Shown here one piece after another: positions 9,986-19,349 of a DNA stretch of 32,325 nt (the first letter of the stretch is position 1; every line of letters begins with the position of its first letter). The notes beneath the pieces are model-generated. The model saw only the letters and a list, made by a program, of their open reading frames with translations. It was not told the DNA's origin and did no database searches. The position numbers and the translations under genes are program-made. Location of the stretch: NCBI GenBank assembly GCA_947573465.1, contig CANPET010000001.1, positions 1-32,325 of the forward strand. The letters run 5' to 3'. This stretch comes from an uncultured Eubacterium sp. (GTDB lineage: Bacteria; Bacillota; Clostridia; Lachnospirales; Lachnospiraceae).

Positions 9986-11190
9986 AAAAGATAAAAGATT
10001 TGTTGAGATGGCTTATGCTTCTTTACAAAAATGCTCTTTACCAAGCAGCAAAGATACTGGAACGGACAGAGGAAAAAACAGTGATATTTGAAGCTTTTCA
10101 AGGGAGAAGTGTATCATGTAATCCTAAGGCATTGTATGAAGAAATGAAAACTAATGAGAAGTATAAGGATTATCAGTTTATCTGGTCTCTTCGAAATACA
10201 AATAGATTGGATTTAAAGGGAGAGAATACCTCTGTTGTAAAATTTGAAAGTTTTCAGTATTACCGGGCGTTGGCTAAGGCAAAATACTGGATATTTAATT
10301 CTAATACCCGTCCATTTTTAAAACCACGAAAAGAACAGATTTTTGTGCAGACATGGCATGGGACACCATTGAAAAAAATTGGATGCGATGTAGAAAAAAC
10401 AGGAAATGCCATGACAAAATTTTCAGAGATTAGTCGTATCTATACAAAAGAGTCGAAAAAAATATCGTATATGATTTCTCCGTCAGAGTATTGTACGAAA
10501 AAATTTATTTCTGCATTTCGTATGAAGGAGGCAAATAAGGAAGACAGAGTTTTAACAACAGGATATCCAAGAAATGATTATTTGTTTAAAGCTACAAAAA
10601 CGGAATGTCAGGAAATAAAAAAACAATTGCAGATACCACAGGACAAAAAAGTAATTTTATATGCACCCACATTCCGGGATAATAAATATAGTGCGGCAGC
10701 AGGTTTTGAAGTGGCGAACTTTATTGATTTTTGCAAAGCAGAGCAGAGCCTGAAGGAAGATTATGTTATTTTGTTCAGAGCACATTATTTTATATCACAG
10801 AAATTAGATGTGAGTCAGTATAAAGGCTTTGTGTATGATGTGTCAAAAGTTGAGGATATTAATACATTATACGTAATCAGTGATATATTGGTGACGGATT
10901 ACTCATCAGTATTTTTTGATTATGCGAATCTTAAAAGACCGATTATTTTTTATATGACCGATTATGAAGAATATAAGAATAATCTAAGAGATTTCTATTT
11001 TGACGTAGAGCAGCTGCCAGGACCGGTAGTGAGAGAGCAGGAGGAACTGGTAAAATATATTAAGAAATTTTCGCAAGAATTTGAACCGGATGAAAAATAT
11101 TGTAATTTTAATAAGAAGTATAACTATTTAGATGGAGCATCTACCAGTAAAAAAGTGCTGGATATGATTATAGAAAACAAGTATAATTAA
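9982..11190 (+). CDS. CDP-glycerol glycerophosphotransferase (TagF family)
   Basis: QTWHGTPLKKIG, GYPRND, YAPTFRD, RAHY, LVTDYSSVFFDY; ATGA overlap with the upstream gene. Confidence 0.92.
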   Translation: MKKIKDLLRWLMLLYKNALYQAAKILERTEEKTVIFEAFQGRSVSCNPKALYEEMKTNEKYKDYQFIWSLRNTNRLDLKGENTSVVKFESFQYYRALAKAKYWIFNSNTRPFLKPRKEQIFVQTWHGTPLKKIGCDVEKTGNAMTKFSEISRIYTKESKKISYMISPSEYCTKKFISAFRMKEANKEDRVLTTGYPRNDYLFKATKTECQEIKKQLQIPQDKKVILYAPTFRDNKYSAAAGFEVANFIDFCKAEQSLKEDYVILFRAHYFISQKLDVSQYKGFVYDVSKVEDINTLYVISDILVTDYSSVFFDYANLKRPIIFYMTDYEEYKNNLRDFYFDVEQLPGPVVREQEELVKYIKKFSQEFEPDEKYCNFNKKYNYLDGASTSKKVLDMIIENKYN

Positions 11191-11225
11191 TTATAGTCGA
11201 AAATTGGAAAATAAAGGAGAAACAA

Positions 11226-11642
11226 GTGAAAAGAGTTATAACGTATGGAACATTTGATATGCTTCATTATGGGCATATTAATATTTTAAGAAGAGCAAAG
11301 GAAATGGGAGATTATCTGGTGGTAGTTCTTTCAACAGATGAGTTTAATTGGAATTCAAAACAAAAGAAATGCTATTTTACCTACGAACAGAGGAAACAGG
11401 TATTAGAAGCAATTCGATATGTTGACCTTGTTATTCCAGAGAATAACTGGGAGCAGAAGGTTACAGATGTTCAGGATTATAAGATTGATACTTTTGTAAT
11501 GGGAAGTGACTGGGAAGGAAAGTTTGATTTCTTAAAAGATTATTGTGATGTAGTTTATTTGCCGAGAACGGAAGGTATTTCTACCACACAAATTAAGGAA
11601 GATCTGAATAAAAAGGACATGACTGCAAAAGAAAACAAATAA
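11226..11642 (+). CDS. tagD: Glycerol-3-phosphate cytidylyltransferase
   Basis: VITYGTFDMLHYGH, MGSDWEGKFDFL, RTEGISTT; AAGGAG RBS before a GTG start. Confidence 0.96.
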   Translation: MKRVITYGTFDMLHYGHINILRRAKEMGDYLVVVLSTDEFNWNSKQKKCYFTYEQRKQVLEAIRYVDLVIPENNWEQKVTDVQDYKIDTFVMGSDWEGKFDFLKDYCDVVYLPRTEGISTTQIKEDLNKKDMTAKENK

Positions 11643-11684
11643 AGATGATAGAAATTCTTATATTAATAATACAAGAGGCATGGA

Positions 11685-13889
11685 ATGGAGAAAAGAATGG
11701 TAAGCATTATTGTAACACATAAGCAATGCTTGTGGTACTTAGAGGATTGTCTGAAAAGTATTGCAGAGCAGGAGTTTAAAGACTATGAAACAGTGCTGGT
11801 TGTGGATGACTTGCAGGATGAGCCAGAGGAATTTCAGAAAATTGTTGACGAATATCGGGAAAAGGCTCGTTTGAGCATATTTTATCTGGAAGGAAAGACT
11901 GGCGTATCAGCAGCGAGAAATCTGGGATTAGATAAAGCAAAGGGTGAATATATTTACTTCCTGGATAATGATGATTATATTTATGAAGAGGGTCTTCAAA
12001 AATTAATGGATATCATGGATAAAGACACGGATATGGTTTATGGACGTGTGCAGGGAACATATCAGGGAGCAGTAACTTTTGAAGAAAAAAGGGATCTGGA
12101 AAAAGAGGAAGAGAATTTATCCCAATATGATTTTAACAATCCATTGGAAGCTAAGATTACACATTACAGAAGATTGGAAAATTTGACAATCTTAGGTGCG
12201 GTTTATAAGAAGTCTTTATTTGAGCAGAATAACATTCGATTTAATGAGGAGCAGCCGTGTTTTGCAGATGTTCGTGTACTGGTTCAGATTATGTGTGCAA
12301 CAGATAAGATAAAAGGTAACATTAATGCCATTTATGCAAAGAGGCATCATAATGACCGATATAATAATCCTTCCATTGAGCAGACGCCAAAAGTTGATTC
12401 TATGCCATATTATTTTATGGCAATCGATAATGCTAAGAAAGCCGCAAAATGTAATAAAGAGATAGAGAGACATCTGGATTTGATTCTGGCGAAGTTTACA
12501 ACATTATACCTTGTAAAAAAACTTCGTTGGAATACAGAGGATGAGCAATGCTGGGAAAAAGAATATTTTGATGAACTTCATAAACGTTTAAAAGAAATAA
12601 AACTGAGACATCTTAATAGAAAATATATTTATTGGCTGGAGAAGTCTGTTATGAGAGCAGTTGCATCAGGTAATCTGAAAAAGACCAAAAAAGCAGGAAA
12701 CAGACTTTTAGCAAAAAGAAAAATAAAAAGAATGTTTAAAAATAAGTGGGCAAGAAATAAAGCGTTTGCACTTCATATTTTTAATAAGATGGAAATTAAA
12801 AAAGACTGGGTTATTTTTGAAAGCTTTATGGGTAGAAATTATTCCGGTCAGCCGAAATATATTTATGAGTATATGCAAAAACATTATGGAGACAAATACA
12901 CGTATATATGGTCTGTTGATAAAAGAGGATTAAAGATTCCGGGAAAACATAAGACTGTAAAGCGTTCCGGACTTCGGTATTTCTATTATATGAATCGTAG
13001 TAAATACTGGATTCTGAATATGAAACAGCCACTGAGTGTTCCAAAGAGAGAAGAGACTGTTTTATTAGAGACATGGCATGGTACACCTCTTAAGAGACTG
13101 GCATTTGATTTAAATGATGTGGTTGGTGGTGTTTCAAACTATAAGGACAAGTTCTACAGACAAAAAGAAGCGTGGGATTATCTATTGTCAGACAATCCGT
13201 TTTCGACAGAAAAATTCCAAAGCTGCTTTATGTATCCAAAGGAAAAAATATTAGAGTACGGTTATCCGGCAAATGATCCTCTTTATGCTCCAGACAGAGA
13301 AGAACGGGCAAAGAAGATTAAGGAAAAGCTGGGGATACCATTGGATAAAAAAGTTATCATGTACGCACCAACATGGCGTGATGATAATTATTATGAAATT
13401 GGACAGTTTAAGTTTGATTTAGATTTGGATGTAAATAGACTGGAAAAGGAATTTGGAGACGAATACGTAATACTGCTCCGTCTGCACTATTTGGTTGTTG
13501 AGGCACTGGATATGTCAAAGTATGGTGACTTTGCAGTGAATGGAAGTGCTTATGATGATGTAACAGACTTGTACTTGATTACGGATATTTTGATTACAGA
13601 TTACTCATCAGTATTTTTCGATTTTGCTAATTTGAAGCGTCCGGTATTGTATTACACATACGATTTGGAAAGATATAGAGATGTACTTCATGGATTCTAC
13701 TTATCTATGGAAGATGACCTGCCGGGTCCAATGCTTTTGACCAATGATGATGTGGTTGATGCAATTAAGAATATTGACAAGATAGAAGCGCAGTATAAGG
13801 ACAGATATGAAGAGTTCTATCAACGTTTCTGCTGTGTTGATGACGGACATGCATCAGAAAGGGTCGTGAAGAAAATATTTGGGGAGTAG
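11685..13889 (+). CDS. Bifunctional GT2 / CDP-glycerol glycerophosphotransferase (GT-A + TagF)
   Basis: N-terminal GVSAARNLGL and YFLDNDD; C-terminal ETWHGTPLKRL, YAPTWRD, LRLHY, LITDYSSVFFDF. Confidence 0.92.
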   Translation: MEKRMVSIIVTHKQCLWYLEDCLKSIAEQEFKDYETVLVVDDLQDEPEEFQKIVDEYREKARLSIFYLEGKTGVSAARNLGLDKAKGEYIYFLDNDDYIYEEGLQKLMDIMDKDTDMVYGRVQGTYQGAVTFEEKRDLEKEEENLSQYDFNNPLEAKITHYRRLENLTILGAVYKKSLFEQNNIRFNEEQPCFADVRVLVQIMCATDKIKGNINAIYAKRHHNDRYNNPSIEQTPKVDSMPYYFMAIDNAKKAAKCNKEIERHLDLILAKFTTLYLVKKLRWNTEDEQCWEKEYFDELHKRLKEIKLRHLNRKYIYWLEKSVMRAVASGNLKKTKKAGNRLLAKRKIKRMFKNKWARNKAFALHIFNKMEIKKDWVIFESFMGRNYSGQPKYIYEYMQKHYGDKYTYIWSVDKRGLKIPGKHKTVKRSGLRYFYYMNRSKYWILNMKQPLSVPKREETVLLETWHGTPLKRLAFDLNDVVGGVSNYKDKFYRQKEAWDYLLSDNPFSTEKFQSCFMYPKEKILEYGYPANDPLYAPDREERAKKIKEKLGIPLDKKVIMYAPTWRDDNYYEIGQFKFDLDLDVNRLEKEFGDEYVILLRLHYLVVEALDMSKYGDFAVNGSAYDDVTDLYLITDILITDYSSVFFDFANLKRPVLYYTYDLERYRDVLHGFYLSMEDDLPGPMLLTNDDVVDAIKNIDKIEAQYKDRYEEFYQRFCCVDDGHASERVVKKIFGE

Positions 13890-13944
13890 AGCTTGTTTAT
13901 ATTTATTGTTTGAAAAACATAATTAGAGAAAAATGTTATGAATT

Positions 13945-13987
13945 AAAAATGAGACTTGACGAAAAATGAAGTCAGGTCTCATTTTTT
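13945..13987 (+). terminator. Rho-independent terminator after the glycopolymer operon
   Basis: aaaaatgagacttgac / gtcaggtctcatttttt inverted repeat with T-tract. Confidence 0.7.
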
Positions 13988-14024
13988 AAAACGAAATAGC
14001 AATTATGAAAGAGGGGAAGTAAAA

Positions 14025-14750
14025 ATGCAGGTCCGTATAGCTATATGTGATGATGAGCAGATTATGCTGGATAAAATTAAAGATAAAGTTTCAGAAATAT
14101 CAAATACAGTAAATGTTAAAACAGATATATATACTTATTCTGAAGCAAAGAGAGCCGTAGAGGTTCTGTGTTGTTTAGAAGAATATTTTGACATTTTATT
14201 ATTAGATGTGGATATGCCAGAACTGTCAGGATTGGAAGTTGCTAAATTAGTAAGAGAATGTAAGGAGAATCTTATTTTAATATTTGTTTCATCGCATGAC
14301 CAATATGTTTTTGAGTCAATAGAATATAATCCGTTTAGATATATTAGGAAAAATAGAATATTAGAGGAATTACCCTTGGCATTGAAAGCTGCATTTGCAA
14401 GATTAGATAATGAAAAAGATAAGAGTATTATTGTAAAAACAGATGATGGAGAAATAAGGTTATTTCATTCGGAAATAATGTATTATGAGATTCAGAATAG
14501 AAGATTGAATATATATTTAAGTAATGGGAAAAAAATATCGACATGGAAAACGATAAAAGATCAAATGAATGAGATGAACGATGAAAAGTTTATTAAGTTA
14601 CATAGCGGATGTGTGGTTAATGTAATGTATATAAGTGGAGTGTCAAACTTTGATGTAACCTTGGATAATGATGAGAGGTTAATTGTAAGCAGAAGAAGAG
14701 TAAAGGATGTAAAAGCCGAACTTTTAAGATATTGGAGGAGTAAAGTGTAG
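14025..14750 (+). CDS. agrA: LytTR-family response regulator (AgrA/VirR-like)
   Basis: RIAICDD, LLDVDMPELSG, IFVSS, RYIRK receiver domain; LytTR domain FIKLHSGCVVN...VSRRR. Start moved to ATG 14025 behind GAGGGG. Confidence 0.88.
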   Translation: MQVRIAICDDEQIMLDKIKDKVSEISNTVNVKTDIYTYSEAKRAVEVLCCLEEYFDILLLDVDMPELSGLEVAKLVRECKENLILIFVSSHDQYVFESIEYNPFRYIRKNRILEELPLALKAAFARLDNEKDKSIIVKTDDGEIRLFHSEIMYYEIQNRRLNIYLSNGKKISTWKTIKDQMNEMNDEKFIKLHSGCVVNVMYISGVSNFDVTLDNDERLIVSRRRVKDVKAELLRYWRSKV

Positions 14751-14752
14751 AT

Positions 14753-16054
14753 ATGAATATGTTTTTTTGGATTGTTGAATATATAGCTAGTTTTTTAGAA
14801 ATAGTCATGTGTTTCTTTTTTTGTGGGAGTTTTATCAATAAGAAGAGTGTTGAAGATAAACGAAAACAGATAGTTTTGGTTTCTTTTTTTAGTGCATTTA
14901 TTTTAATAGGATTAAACAGAATAAAGATGTTTTCTCAGGGCTCGTCGATACTTTTTTTATTAGTCTGCGACTTGCTTTTGTGGTTTTTATACAAAAGAAT
15001 TGTGCTATCTACGGTATTAATACTTATATATGCTGTATTATTATCGGCTATTGATTTTTTGACAGCATATTTGATGACATTTTCATTACAGACAGAAATG
15101 AAGTATTTACTGAGTGAGCATAGTATTCAAAGAGTTGTCTGCATTGTTTTTAGTAAGGCATTGCTGATAATGTTAATTATGGTGATAAGTAAAATATATA
15201 ATAAAAAAAAGGCGATTTCTTCAAGATATGTTTTGGTATTATGTTTAAGTTCTTTATTTTTGTTACTATCAAATTTTGTGACAATAGGAAATATTGGAAC
15301 AAACAGTGAAATTTTTTCTATGATTTTTTTCCTTGTTTCAATAGGAATTCAGGCATTATTGTTTTATTTTGTATTGAATATGGCAGATTATTATGAACAG
15401 CAACAAAATATGGTTTTAATTGAGATGAAAAATGATATGTTACAGAAATCTCTTGATGATACAGAAAAAGCGTTTAAATTATGGAGACAAAGTGTTCATG
15501 ATTATAAGAATAATATCATTTCTCTAGCACAATTAGCAGAAGAGGGGGATATTAATGAAATAAAAAAATATTTAAAAAAAGAAAATGAATTGATTGATAC
15601 AAAAATGTTTTATACCAAGACGGGAAATACAATGGTAGATGCAATGGTAAATACAAAACAGACGATTGCCGAACAAAAAGGAATTGTATTTGCAATTAAT
15701 GCTGCCATTCCGGATAATTGTAGAGTGAATGGCATCGATTTGGCAAATATTTTGGGAAATTTAATTGATAATGCAATAGAAGCTAGTGAGAAAGAATACA
15801 ATGCATACATAGATATTAATATTAAACAATATAAAAAGTTTTTAATGATTGTTGTTAAAAATAAATTTAAGGGAACTTTTATGCAGAATATGAAAACAAC
15901 AAAAGGGGATAAGGAATTTCATGGGATAGGGTTAAAGAGTGTAAAACATATAGTAGAAAAGTATAATGGGGAAATATCATTTGAAAAAGAGCAAGATGAG
16001 TTTTGGGTTACAATTTTATTTATGAATGAAGATATAAAAATGCCAGCTTTATAA
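14753..16054 (+). CDS. agrC: AgrC/VirS-like membrane histidine kinase (GHKL)
   Basis: 6-7 TM helices, H-box VHDYKN, N-box GNLIDNAIEA, G-box HGIGLKSV. Confidence 0.9.
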   Translation: MNMFFWIVEYIASFLEIVMCFFFCGSFINKKSVEDKRKQIVLVSFFSAFILIGLNRIKMFSQGSSILFLLVCDLLLWFLYKRIVLSTVLILIYAVLLSAIDFLTAYLMTFSLQTEMKYLLSEHSIQRVVCIVFSKALLIMLIMVISKIYNKKKAISSRYVLVLCLSSLFLLLSNFVTIGNIGTNSEIFSMIFFLVSIGIQALLFYFVLNMADYYEQQQNMVLIEMKNDMLQKSLDDTEKAFKLWRQSVHDYKNNIISLAQLAEEGDINEIKKYLKKENELIDTKMFYTKTGNTMVDAMVNTKQTIAEQKGIVFAINAAIPDNCRVNGIDLANILGNLIDNAIEASEKEYNAYIDINIKQYKKFLMIVVKNKFKGTFMQNMKTTKGDKEFHGIGLKSVKHIVEKYNGEISFEKEQDEFWVTILFMNEDIKMPAL

Positions 16055-16067
16055 AGCTGGTTTTTTT
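16043..16067 (+). terminator. Terminator overlapping the agrC stop codon
   Basis: ccagcttt-at-aaagctgg followed by T7. Confidence 0.7.
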
Positions 16068-16156
16068 GTAAAAAAGGTAAATAATATTGTATTAGCACAA
16101 ATATATTTTTTTCTGTAAGGAAAATATAATACTCATTAAGATATAAGTAAAAAATA

Positions 16157-16190
16157 CCAAATATACAAGGAAAAGAGCCAATTATACAAG
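16157..16190 (+). promoter_or_regulatory. LytTR (VirR-box-like) direct repeats upstream of agrD
   Basis: CCAAATATACAAG (16157-16169) and CCAATTATACAAG (16178-16190), 12/13 identical with a 21-bp period; candidate TG-a-TATGGT -10 at 16215-16223. Confidence 0.65.
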
Positions 16191-16305
16191 AATGCACAAA
16201 ATTGTTTGCAAATTTGATATGGTAGATAGGTAAAATAAATGGTTGAGTATCGATAAAAAACTTAAGAGCAAAATTAAAAATAATAGGAAAGGAGAAAGGG
16301 AATAA

Positions 16306-16446
16306 ATGATGACGAAAAAGAAAAATTTAATAGAAAAGACAATACGTGTAGTGGCAGAAGCATCAAGTGAAACATCTTCCTGGTTTGCATTTTATGAGCC
16401 ACAAATTCCAGAGAAACTTGTAAAAAAAGATAAAGTAAAAGGCTAA
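16306..16446 (+). CDS. agrD: AgrD-like cyclic lactone autoinducer peptide precursor, 46 aa (not in ORF track)
   Basis: Manual translation: MMTKKKNLIEKTIRVVAEASSETSSWFAFYEPQIPEKLVKKDKVKG. Has the clostridial/listerial [YH][EQ]PxxP tail, a purine-rich RBS, and ends 7 bp before agrB. Confidence 0.88.
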   Translation: MMTKKKNLIEKTIRVVAEASSETSSWFAFYEPQIPEKLVKKDKVKG

Positions 16447-16453
16447 GTTAGAA

Positions 16454-17041
16454 GTGTTTAGATATATAGCAGAGAGTTTAGTGTTTTGGTTAATAAAATA
16501 CAAAAAAGTAGATATAGAAGATAGGGATATTTATATTTATGGGCTTGAAGTTATTTTGTTGAACGGCTTATTATTAATTTTTTTTGAGTTGATGAGTATA
16601 TGTTTTAATATGACAATTCATTTTTATGGATTCCTAATATTTTTTATACCATTGAGAATGTTTGCGGGGGGATATCATGCAAAATATAGTGAGACATGTT
16701 TTATATTGTCAAACATAATGTATTTAATTACATTGATTATAGTAAAAAATTATATGTATTTATATCGCTATACAGGGAGTACAATAGCGATGCTAATTGC
16801 ATTAATTATTATATGTGCATGGTCCCCCATAAAGAATTCTAATAGACCATTAGCAGAGTATCAATATAAAAGAAATCGAAGAATAACATTTGGAATCTGT
16901 ACAGTCGAGTTTGTTCTTTTTATATTATTTTCTCGATTTGATTTTAAAATAGCATCAAGTGCAGTTATTTTTGTTTTGTTAAATTGTGTGGTGTTTTTGA
17001 TAGGTAAGATGAAAAATGAATTCTATAGAAGTAAAGGATAA
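16454..17041 (+). CDS. agrB: Accessory gene regulator B (AgrB) peptide-processing membrane protein
   Basis: IYIYGLE and PLRMFAGGYHAKYSETC (catalytic His/Cys motif), SPIKNSNRPL; multiple TM segments. Confidence 0.92.
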   Translation: MFRYIAESLVFWLIKYKKVDIEDRDIYIYGLEVILLNGLLLIFFELMSICFNMTIHFYGFLIFFIPLRMFAGGYHAKYSETCFILSNIMYLITLIIVKNYMYLYRYTGSTIAMLIALIIICAWSPIKNSNRPLAEYQYKRNRRITFGICTVEFVLFILFSRFDFKIASSAVIFVLLNCVVFLIGKMKNEFYRSKG

Positions 17042-17070
17042 TTCACTTGAATGAACAGGAGGAGTATTTA

Positions 17071-19191
17071 ATGAAAAAGAACGTCTATATTTTTATGAAG
17101 AGAGTGATTAGTTTATTATTAATAATTGTAATGTTAGGTGGAATTATTAATGAGAGAAAAATTGAAATTAGTGCAAAAAACAATTATATAATGAAAGAGT
17201 ATATTATTTTTTCAAAAAATGAAAAATCGTTGAATAATGCATTAGAAACTATTGATAGGGATGTGAATCCAAATGGCGAGAAATTGTCAGATAATATGAC
17301 GGTTGCTGAACTTTCAGAAAAAGAAGCATTAGAACTAAATAGAGACAGTGATGTTATAGTTGAAGAAGATTATATTTTGGAAGCAAACAAAGTAAAACCT
17401 GGTAGTAAGTCAAAACAAGCACGGTATAAAAAACTAGAAAAAACTGACGAAGAGAGAAAAGGCACTTCAGAACTAGAATGGAATTTGCAGGCTATCAATG
17501 CAGATGATGTGGAAGTAAATAATAACGAAGAAAATAAAGTTAAAGTTGCTGTATTAGATTCGGGAGTTGATTTTATAGAAGGAGTCAATTTAGTAAAAAC
17601 AGTTAATTTTGTGGAGGATGAGGATAATATTTCTGTTTGGTATCAGGACTTAACAGGTCATGGAACAAGTATTGCCAGTGTTATTGCCGGAGATGGTCAA
17701 AATGTCGTTCAAGGAGTTAATCCAAATGTTGATTTGTATTCAGTAAAAGTATTAGATAAAAACAATAAGGCGTCAATCAGCCGTATTATTCGAGGTATTT
17801 ATTGGTGTATTGATAATGATGTTAATATTATTAATATGAGTTTTGGGACAAAATCATATTCGAAGGCATTAAAGCAGGCTGTAGAAGACGCATATAAAGC
17901 AAATATTCTTATGGTCGCAGCAGCAGGTAATAATGATAGTGATGTAGAGTATCCAGCAGCCTTTAAAGAAGTTATGGCAGTGGCAGCTACTGATACGGAC
18001 TCTGAAATAAGTGAGTTTAGTAATACAGGTGAAGAGTTAGATATTGCTGCTCCAGGTGAGAAAGTCAGAGTTTTAGGATTTTTTGGATTTAATGGAGTAA
18101 CACATGGAACAAGCATTGCTGTACCACATGTAGTCGGTGTTGCTTCATTATTATGGCAAAAGAATTTATCTAAGTCAAATGAATTTATTCGACAATTAAT
18201 TACTCATAGTTCAAAAAATATATCAAATACAAATGATTGTGGTCTTTTGGATGCGGGTTATGCATTAAAGATTTATGATGATTTTGAGAAGAGTTTTAAA
18301 GAAAAAGATTTCGAAAGCAAAGAGTATATGCAAGAGAACAGTGAACCTGTTGAAACATTTAATGAAGTTGAAGAGGATTCATCCTATGTAGAAGGAAGAT
18401 GGGCAGCAAATAGTAAAGAAAATAATCCTGGGCATAAAGAACTTGTACAAAAGGGAGCAGAGGATAATGGAATAACAGATGCGACAGCTTTGGAACTTTT
18501 AAAAGCTGGAGCAGTATATCCGGATAGGCCTGACTCGGGAATGGATGGAGGAACTACAGATAATCCGCAGTATCATGGTGGATATAAGGATGGGGTTGGT
18601 GATCCTGTTAATTATGTGGCATGTTATGAATTTGTAACAAGAATTGCATTAAAAAACGGAAATGCTTCATTAATAACAAATTATAAAACTATTTATGGAC
18701 TAGGAAAAGATAGTTACGATTGGATAAAAACTGATTTCACATCGAAAAAAGTAGGATGGAATACATGGAATACAATTTTTTCTGGTATAAAAGTAAATGG
18801 AAAAGCAGTTGCGGATACGAACAAGAACAGAAAGTACTTTACGTGGGGGGTAGCTCTTCACATATTAGGAGATACATTTGCCCATAGAACTTATAGAAAG
18901 TCAGATAAGAAGGCAATAGTTCATACAAATGCTAATAGTTCCCAAATTCTAGGTGCGGATGATCCGAATGTTGTTAGAGGAAGATGGGTAGTAGCAAAAG
19001 CAGCAATCAAGTTTAGTATAGAAAGTTTATTATTAAATGAGTATGGAGACTTTAATGAAATAGAACGTGCATTAAGAGGACAGACGGAGAAAAGTAATAG
19101 TCAATTGTTTTTAAAAAAACGTTTAGCAAGATATATGGTTAGTAATGGAGGAGCTGAAACATCCTATGTAAGAAATGCAAATATTGATTAA
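17071..19191 (+). CDS. Secreted S8 subtilase with a C-terminal putative Zn-dependent phospholipase C/P1-nuclease-fold domain
   Basis: Signal peptide and I9-like propeptide; triad VAVLDSG, GHGTSIA, GTSIAVPHV, oxyanion AAAGN. C-terminal W..H, GAVYPD, GVALHILGDTFAH motifs. Start at ATG 17071 behind AGGAGG. The S8 call is firm; the PLC-fold call rests on motifs only. Confidence 0.85.
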   Translation: MKKNVYIFMKRVISLLLIIVMLGGIINERKIEISAKNNYIMKEYIIFSKNEKSLNNALETIDRDVNPNGEKLSDNMTVAELSEKEALELNRDSDVIVEEDYILEANKVKPGSKSKQARYKKLEKTDEERKGTSELEWNLQAINADDVEVNNNEENKVKVAVLDSGVDFIEGVNLVKTVNFVEDEDNISVWYQDLTGHGTSIASVIAGDGQNVVQGVNPNVDLYSVKVLDKNNKASISRIIRGIYWCIDNDVNIINMSFGTKSYSKALKQAVEDAYKANILMVAAAGNNDSDVEYPAAFKEVMAVAATDTDSEISEFSNTGEELDIAAPGEKVRVLGFFGFNGVTHGTSIAVPHVVGVASLLWQKNLSKSNEFIRQLITHSSKNISNTNDCGLLDAGYALKIYDDFEKSFKEKDFESKEYMQENSEPVETFNEVEEDSSYVEGRWAANSKENNPGHKELVQKGAEDNGITDATALELLKAGAVYPDRPDSGMDGGTTDNPQYHGGYKDGVGDPVNYVACYEFVTRIALKNGNASLITNYKTIYGLGKDSYDWIKTDFTSKKVGWNTWNTIFSGIKVNGKAVADTNKNRKYFTWGVALHILGDTFAHRTYRKSDKKAIVHTNANSSQILGADDPNVVRGRWVVAKAAIKFSIESLLLNEYGDFNEIERALRGQTEKSNSQLFLKKRLARYMVSNGGAETSYVRNANID

Positions 19192-19349
19192 TATTAGTAT
19201 ATAAGCTATAAATATTATATTAATATAGTTTTGAGCAGAATAAATATAAAATTATACTAAAGTAAATTAATATGATATAACACGCAATAACAGTATCAAT
19301 AATTACGTTTAATTAATATACATAGCATAAGAAAGGATGGAAGAAAGTT

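Noticed and set aside
13956-14024. N-terminal extension of the response regulator from TTG 13956
   Set aside because: The TTG lies within a terminator stem; the receiver domain and RBS point to ATG 14025.
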